DNA of 21,318 bases. It comes from a virus. Lineage: Duplodnaviria; Heunggongvirae; Uroviricota; Caudoviricetes. Under the pieces are notes generated by a model. It made no database searches and had not been told where the DNA came from. It saw only the letters and a program-made list of their open reading frames with translations. The DNA is taken from IMG/VR virus record IMGVR_UViG_2660238462_000004. One strand, 5' to 3'. Below are positions 16,424 to 21,318 of this stretch, one piece after another (position 1 is the first letter of the stretch; the number at the start of each line of letters is the position of its first letter). A program made the position numbers and the translations under genes.

Positions 16424-17167
16424 ATGACCACACCAAATCCACTGGCAAAAACGAAAGGTGCGGGAACGACGTTCTGGATGTACACCGGCAAGGGCGATGC
16501 GTTTGCGAACCCTTTATCGGACACTGACTGGCTGCGTCTTGCGATGGTGAAGGATCTGCAACCTGGCGAAATGACCGCTGATGCAGAAGATGACACTTAT
16601 CTCGATGATGAAGATGCAGACTGGAAAACGACAACCCAGGGGCAGAAATCCGTCGGTGATACTTCGGCGACGCTGGCCTGGCGTCCGGGTGACAGCGGAC
16701 AGAAAAAACTGGTTCAGTTGTTCGACTCCGGTGAAGTCTGCGCGTTTCGTATCAAATATCCCAACGGCACTGTTGATGTTTTCCGTGGCTGGCTGAGCTC
16801 ACTGGGTAAAACCATTGCCTCAAAAGACGTGATGACCCACACAGTGAAAATCAGCGGTGTGGGGCGTCCGTATCTGGCAGAGGAAGGCACTGAAACAGTG
16901 AGCGTTACCGGGCTGACGGTGGCACCGGCATCTGCCAGTGTAAAAGTGGGAGCAACCACCACGCTGACCTTTACAGTAAAACCTGACGGAGCCAGTGACA
17001 AAGCGATCAGTGTGCATTCGACAGATCCACAGACTGCCACGGTGACCCTGAACGGGCTTGTGGCCACGGTGAAAGGCGTGAAGCAGGGCAGTGTCAGCAT
17101 TGTGGGCATGACTTCTGACGGCGATTTTGTGGCAGTGGCTGCGGTGGCTGTCAGCGCCGCAGGTTAA
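16424..17167 (+). CDS. Major tail protein gpV-like with C-terminal Ig-like (Big_2-type) domain
   Basis: MTTPNPLAKTKGAGTTFWMYTGKGDAFANPLSDTDW... parallels lambda V; C-terminal ~90 aa are a Thr/Val-rich beta-strand domain; strong SD aaggagg 5 nt upstream. The track ORF starts at GTG 16418. Confidence 0.9.
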   Translation: MTTPNPLAKTKGAGTTFWMYTGKGDAFANPLSDTDWLRLAMVKDLQPGEMTADAEDDTYLDDEDADWKTTTQGQKSVGDTSATLAWRPGDSGQKKLVQLFDSGEVCAFRIKYPNGTVDVFRGWLSSLGKTIASKDVMTHTVKISGVGRPYLAEEGTETVSVTGLTVAPASASVKVGATTTLTFTVKPDGASDKAISVHSTDPQTATVTLNGLVATVKGVKQGSVSIVGMTSDGDFVAVAAVAVSAAG

Positions 17168-17187
17168 CAGGACGATACTCATCATTT

Positions 17188-17211
17188 GCCCCGGTTATCC
17201 GGGGCTTTTTT
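17188..17211 (+). terminator. Intrinsic terminator after the major tail gene
   Basis: gccccgg-ttat-ccggggc (7-bp GC stem) followed by tttttt, 20 nt after the V stop. Confidence 0.6.
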
Positions 17212-17224
17212 GCAGGTGGAGAAC

Positions 17225-17614
17225 ATGATGTTTCTGAAACAGGGCACGTTTAATTATGAAAAGCAGTCCGTGGTGCTCAGTGAGCTGTCCGGGCTGCAGA
17301 GAATTGAATATCTGGCGTTTGTTCAGCAGCGAACGGCAAAGTTTGATGCCGAAGAGGGAGAACTGCCGGAGGCTGAACGACAGATTGCTTTTCTGCGGAT
17401 GGGGATGGATATCAATGCCTGGCTGGTTTCCCGCTCACTGTGGAATGCGGAACAGTCTCAGGATGTTGAGACGCTTTGCGCATCCGTTATTACAACATGG
17501 TCGTATGATGCCCTGGGAGCGGGGGCGGAGATGGTTCTGTCGCTGAGCGGTATGGGAGCCATTGAGAATGCCGGGGATTTGGAGCATGAGGTGCTGACGC
17601 CGGAAAAGTCCTGA
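17225..17614 (+). CDS. Tail assembly chaperone gpG-like
   Basis: MMFLKQGTFNYEKQSVVLSELSGLQRIEYLAF... parallels lambda G (MFLKTESFEHNGVTVTLSELSALQRIEHLA); ATG at 17225 or 17228. Confidence 0.8.
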   Translation: MMFLKQGTFNYEKQSVVLSELSGLQRIEYLAFVQQRTAKFDAEEGELPEAERQIAFLRMGMDINAWLVSRSLWNAEQSQDVETLCASVITTWSYDALGAGAEMVLSLSGMGAIENAGDLEHEVLTPEKS

Positions 17615-17952
17615 CGCGGGAAATGCAGTTTGTCATGCGGCTTGCCCGGGAGTTCAGGCGGGCAGACTGGCGGCGGATGCTGTCGGAAATGTCGGCCACT
17701 GAGCTTGGTGAGTGGGGCGATTATTTCCGGATGCAGAGCTTCAGTGATGTGTGGATGGATGCGCAGTTTGCCTCGCTGAAGGCATTGATCGTGAGAATGG
17801 TGTCCGGCAGCAGTGATGCTGCGGTGGCTGATTTCAGCCTTTTACCGGAAGAGAACGGGATACCGGAGCGAACGGACGAAGAACTGATGCATCTTGGGGA
17901 AGGTATTTCCGGAGGTGTGCGTTATGGACCAGATAGCCAACCTGGTCATTGA
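17225..17952 (+). CDS. Tail assembly chaperone G-T fusion via programmed -1 frameshift near 17602-17608 (T-frame portion to 17952)
   Basis: The T-like frame (phase 1) is open across the end of G (phase 2), i.e. exactly -1. The G frame ends ...ccg gaa aag tcc tga and the -1 frame reads gcc gga aaa gtc ctg acg cgg gaa atg..., continuing MQFVMRLAREFRRADWRR...; conserved G/T arrangement in lambdoid tails. Confidence 0.55.
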
Positions 17953-20900
17953 TTTGGGGATTGATGCGGCAGAGTTTAAAAATGAAATTCCCCGTATCAA
18001 AAACCTTCTGAATGGTGCAGCCAGCGATGCAGAACGGTCTTCTGCCCGTATGCAGCGTTTTATGGAGCGTCAGACTCAGGCCGCCCGGCAGACAACGCAG
18101 GCGGCGTCTTCGGCTGCAACAGCCGCATCCGTCCATGCGCAGACGGTGGAGAAGAACGCACAGGCTCATGAACGCATGGCCCGCGAGGTGGAGAAAACCC
18201 GCCAGCGTATGGAGGCACTGAGCCAGAAAATGCGCGAGGAACAGGCGCAGGCCATGGCTCTGGCGGAGGCTCAGGATAAAGCAGCTGCTGCGTTTTATCG
18301 TCAGATTGACAGTGTGAAACAGGCCAGTGCGGGGCTGCAGGAATTACAGCGTATTCAGCAGCAGATCCGACAGGCCAGAAACAGTGGCGGGATTGGTCAG
18401 CAGGATTATCTGGCGCTGATTTCTGAGGTTACGGCGAAAACCCGTGTTCTTACGCAGGCTGAGGAAGAGGCTACCCGACAGAAAGTGGCGTTTATCCGTC
18501 AGCTTAAAGAGCAGGCAACCCGCCAGAATCTTTCTTCTTCTGAGTTGCTTCGTGCTAAGGCTGCCCAGCTGGGGGTAAGCAGTGCTGCAGAAGTGTATAT
18601 CCGCAAAATGGAGCAGGCAGGAAAAGCCACGCATTCGCTGGGTCTGAAAAGTGCAGCGGCCCGCCAGGAGATAGGCGTTCTGATAGGTGAACTGGCCCGC
18701 GGCAATTTAGGGGCGCTGAGGGGATCCGGGATAACGCTGGCTAACCGTGCCGGATGGATAGACACTCTGATGTCACCGAAAGGCATGATGCTTGGCGGGG
18801 TTATTGGCGGTATTGCCGCGTCCGTCTATGGTCTGGGTAAAGCCTGGTATGACGGTCAGAAGGAGGGGGAAGAATTTAACCGCCAGTTGTCGCTGACGGG
18901 GCATTATGCCGGAGTCACTGCCGGGCAGCTGTGGACGCTCAGTCGTGCTATTTCCGGGAATGGTATCACGCAACATGCTGCAGCCGGTGTGCTGGCTCAG
19001 GTGGTGGGGAGTGGTGCATTTCGTGGAAACGATATCGGTATGGTGGCGAGAGCTGCCGCACAGATGGAGCGATCGGTTGGCCAGTCGGTCAGCGATACCA
19101 TAAATCAGTTTAAGCGGCTGAAGGATGATCCTGTAAATGCCGCGAAGGCTCTGGACAATGAGCTGCATTTTCTTACTGCCACTCAGCTTGAGCAGATACG
19201 TGTCCTTGGGGATCAGGGACGGTCCAGTGATGCTGCACGGATAGCCATGTCTGCACTGGCAGAGGAAACCGGTCGGCGTACTGCGGATATTGATAATAAC
19301 CTCAATGCGCTTGGCAGTACGCTGAAGTATCTGTCTGATTTATGGAGTCGTTTCTGGGATGCGGCCATGAATATTGGTCGTGAAGACTCGCTGGATGAAC
19401 AGATTGCCGCTTTACAGGAGAAAGTGTCGCGGGCGAAAAGACTCCCCTGGACGGCATCATCTTCTCAGGTTGAATACGATCAGCAGCGTCTTAACGATCT
19501 TCAGGAGAAAAAACGCCAGAAGGATTTGCAGGATGCAAAAGAGCAGGCAGAGCGGAATTATCAGGAGCAACAGAAACGACGTAATGCTGAAAATGCTGCA
19601 CTGAACCGGATGAATGAAACGGAAGCAGCACGACATCAGCGTGAAATTGCGCGTATTAATGCCATGCAGTACGCCGATCAGGCTGTCAGGGATGCAGCGA
19701 TACAACGTGAAAATGAACGTTACGAGAAAGCCCTGGCATCCGGTAAGAAAAAAACACGCGAAACCCGTAATGATGAGGCCACCCGGTTATTGCTGCAGTA
19801 CAGTCAGCAACAGGCACAGGTGGAAGGACAGATTGCTGCTGCAAGACAGTCAGCAGGCATTGCCACTGAAAAGATGACAGAAGCGCATAAACAGCTTCTG
19901 GCTCTGCAGCAGCGCATCAGCGATCTGGACGGGAAAAAACTGACGGCAGATGAAAAGAGTGTGCTGGCCCGTAAAGATGAACTGATTCAGGCACTGACGC
20001 TGCTGGATGTAAAACAGCAGGAGCTTCAGAAACAGACGGCACTCAACGATCTGAAGAAAAAAACAATTCAGCTGACCAGTCAACTGGCTGAAGAAGAGCT
20101 CGCTCAGCGTCAGCAACATGACCTGGATATCGCCACGGTGGGTATGGGTGATCAGCAGCGGCAGCGATATCAGGTACAACTGAGTCTTCGCCAGAAATAC
20201 CAGCAACAGCTGGAGCAGTTGAGGCGGGATAGTGAGCAGAAAGGGACATATAACACGGATGACTACAGAAAGGCCGAGCAGGCGCTGACGGAGAGCCTGA
20301 ACCGACAACTGAATGAGAATCGCCGTTACTGGCAACAGCTTGAAGTTGTGCAGGGTAACTGGAAAAACGGAGTCCTGCGTGCATTTCAGGATTTTACCGT
20401 GGATGCAGACAATACGGCAGGAACAGCAGAACAGGTGTTCTCGTCAGCCTTCAGCAACATGGGAAATGGCCTGGCAACTTTTGTCACTACCGGCAAACTC
20501 AACTTCAAATCCTTCACCTCTTCGGTGCTGTCAGATATGGCGAAAATCCTGGCGCAGGCAACCATGATGAAATCGATAAAAGGGATTGGCAGTGTACTGG
20601 GATTTGATCTCAGCAGCCTTTCCCTGAATGCCAATGGGGGGATTTATCAGTCTGCTGATTTGAGTCGTTACAGTGGCACGGTGGTTAACCGTCCGACGTT
20701 TTTTGCTTTTGCAAAAGGCGCGGGTGTGATGGGGGAAGCGGGACCTGAAGCCATTCTGCCACTGCGTCGTGGTGCTGACGGTAAGCTGGGGGTTGTGGCG
20801 GATATTGGTGGTTCAGGTATGGCGATGTTTGCCCCGCAGTACAACATCGAGATCAATAACGATGGCACGAACGGGCAGATAGGTCCGGCTGCCCTGAAGG

Positions 20901-20989
20901 TGGTTTATGACCTTGGGAAAAAAGCGGCAGCGGACTTTATGCAACAGCAGGCCCGTGATGGTGGTCGGTTAAGTGGAGCATATCGGTAA
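17924..20989 (+). CDS. Tail tape measure protein gpH-like
   Basis: 1021 aa from ATG 17924 (SD ggaggtg); long Ala/Gln/Arg-rich helical regions; C-terminal motif NNDGTNGQIGPAALKVVYDLGKKAAADF matches the recalled lambda H C-terminus. Confidence 0.9.
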   Translation: MDQIANLVIDLGIDAAEFKNEIPRIKNLLNGAASDAERSSARMQRFMERQTQAARQTTQAASSAATAASVHAQTVEKNAQAHERMAREVEKTRQRMEALSQKMREEQAQAMALAEAQDKAAAAFYRQIDSVKQASAGLQELQRIQQQIRQARNSGGIGQQDYLALISEVTAKTRVLTQAEEEATRQKVAFIRQLKEQATRQNLSSSELLRAKAAQLGVSSAAEVYIRKMEQAGKATHSLGLKSAAARQEIGVLIGELARGNLGALRGSGITLANRAGWIDTLMSPKGMMLGGVIGGIAASVYGLGKAWYDGQKEGEEFNRQLSLTGHYAGVTAGQLWTLSRAISGNGITQHAAAGVLAQVVGSGAFRGNDIGMVARAAAQMERSVGQSVSDTINQFKRLKDDPVNAAKALDNELHFLTATQLEQIRVLGDQGRSSDAARIAMSALAEETGRRTADIDNNLNALGSTLKYLSDLWSRFWDAAMNIGREDSLDEQIAALQEKVSRAKRLPWTASSSQVEYDQQRLNDLQEKKRQKDLQDAKEQAERNYQEQQKRRNAENAALNRMNETEAARHQREIARINAMQYADQAVRDAAIQRENERYEKALASGKKKTRETRNDEATRLLLQYSQQQAQVEGQIAAARQSAGIATEKMTEAHKQLLALQQRISDLDGKKLTADEKSVLARKDELIQALTLLDVKQQELQKQTALNDLKKKTIQLTSQLAEEELAQRQQHDLDIATVGMGDQQRQRYQVQLSLRQKYQQQLEQLRRDSEQKGTYNTDDYRKAEQALTESLNRQLNENRRYWQQLEVVQGNWKNGVLRAFQDFTVDADNTAGTAEQVFSSAFSNMGNGLATFVTTGKLNFKSFTSSVLSDMAKILAQATMMKSIKGIGSVLGFDLSSLSLNANGGIYQSADLSRYSGTVVNRPTFFAFAKGAGVMGEAGPEAILPLRRGADGKLGVVADIGGSGMAMFAPQYNIEINNDGTNGQIGPAALKVVYDLGKKAAADFMQQQARDGGRLSGAYR

Positions 20990-21318
20990 TGGAGACGTTT
21001 CACTGGAAAGTGCGCCCGGATATGAATGTGGTATCAGAGCCGAAAGTGGTGACAGTGAAGCTGGGCGATGGTTATGAACAGCGTCGTGCGGCGGGACTGA
21101 ATAACCAGTTGTCGACTTACAGCGTGACGATACGTGTTCGTAAATGTGAACACCCATCTTTAAAAGCCTTTCTGGAACGGCACGGTGGCGTCCGCGCATT
21201 TCAGTGGACGCCACCTTATGACTGGAAGCCGATCAGGGTGGTTTGTCGTAAATGGTCGGCAAGCGTGGGGGCGTTGTGGGTAACCATAACGGCAGATTTT
21301 GAACAGGTCGTGGCATAG
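20989..21318 (+). CDS. Minor tail protein gpM-like
   Basis: 109 aa METFHWKVRPDMNVVSEPKVVTVKLGDGYEQRRAAGLNNQLSTYSVT...TADFEQVVA parallels lambda M (MKTFRWKVKPGMDV...FGDGYSQRAPAGLNANLKTYSVTL...AEFEQVVN); TAATG overlap with the H stop; ends exactly at the window end. Confidence 0.85.
   Translation: METFHWKVRPDMNVVSEPKVVTVKLGDGYEQRRAAGLNNQLSTYSVTIRVRKCEHPSLKAFLERHGGVRAFQWTPPYDWKPIRVVCRKWSASVGALWVTITADFEQVVA

Noticed and set aside
17256-17546. 96-aa alternate-frame ORF inside gene G
   Set aside because: Wrong phase for the G-T frameshift (frame 0 rather than frame 1) and an Arg/Cys-rich artefactual composition.
18012-18221. Arg-rich 69-aa ORF in an alternate frame of the tape measure gene
   Set aside because: Frame artefact of GC-rich Ala/Gln codons; no start signals.
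19850-20384. Minus-strand ORFs of 161 and 113 aa
   Set aside because: Inside and antisense to the tape measure gene; Leu/Gln-rich composition mirrors the sense-strand coiled-coil codons.

Overview
This window is a lambdoid prophage of the Escherichia coli type, read from the end of its regulatory region through the lysis, packaging, head and tail modules. All calls come from reading the translations and sequence by eye and from recalled protein families; no searches were run.

Layout:
- 1-1652: a patchwork of short contigs joined by seven 10-N gaps. It carries minus-strand fragments of a lambda-type tail module (K, L, a V piece) plus unidentified pieces.
- 1654-1953: the 3' part of a Q antiterminator, cut at its 5' end by a gap.
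- 2142-3224 (minus): an OmpC-family porin moron convergent with Q, followed by a 590-bp AT-rich leader.
- 3812-5934: lysis cassette with an S21-type pinholin, a signal-anchored endolysin and nested Rz/Rz1 spanins.
- 6298-7859: cold-shock cargo (cspI-like, a zinc-ribbon small protein, ynfN-like, gnsB-like, a 68-aa ORF).
- 7860-8409: a long intergenic region with a candidate cos site.
- 8422-21318: a contiguous plus-strand morphogenesis operon (terminase small and large, W, portal, a protease-scaffold-capsid fusion, FII, Z, U, V, G/G-T, tape measure, M). The window ends exactly at the M stop.

The most unusual locus is a convergent gene pair (4032-4793) inserted between the holin and the endolysin, where a plus-strand and a minus-strand reading frame overlap by 174 nt. 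No CRISPR array, tRNA or rRNA was seen.
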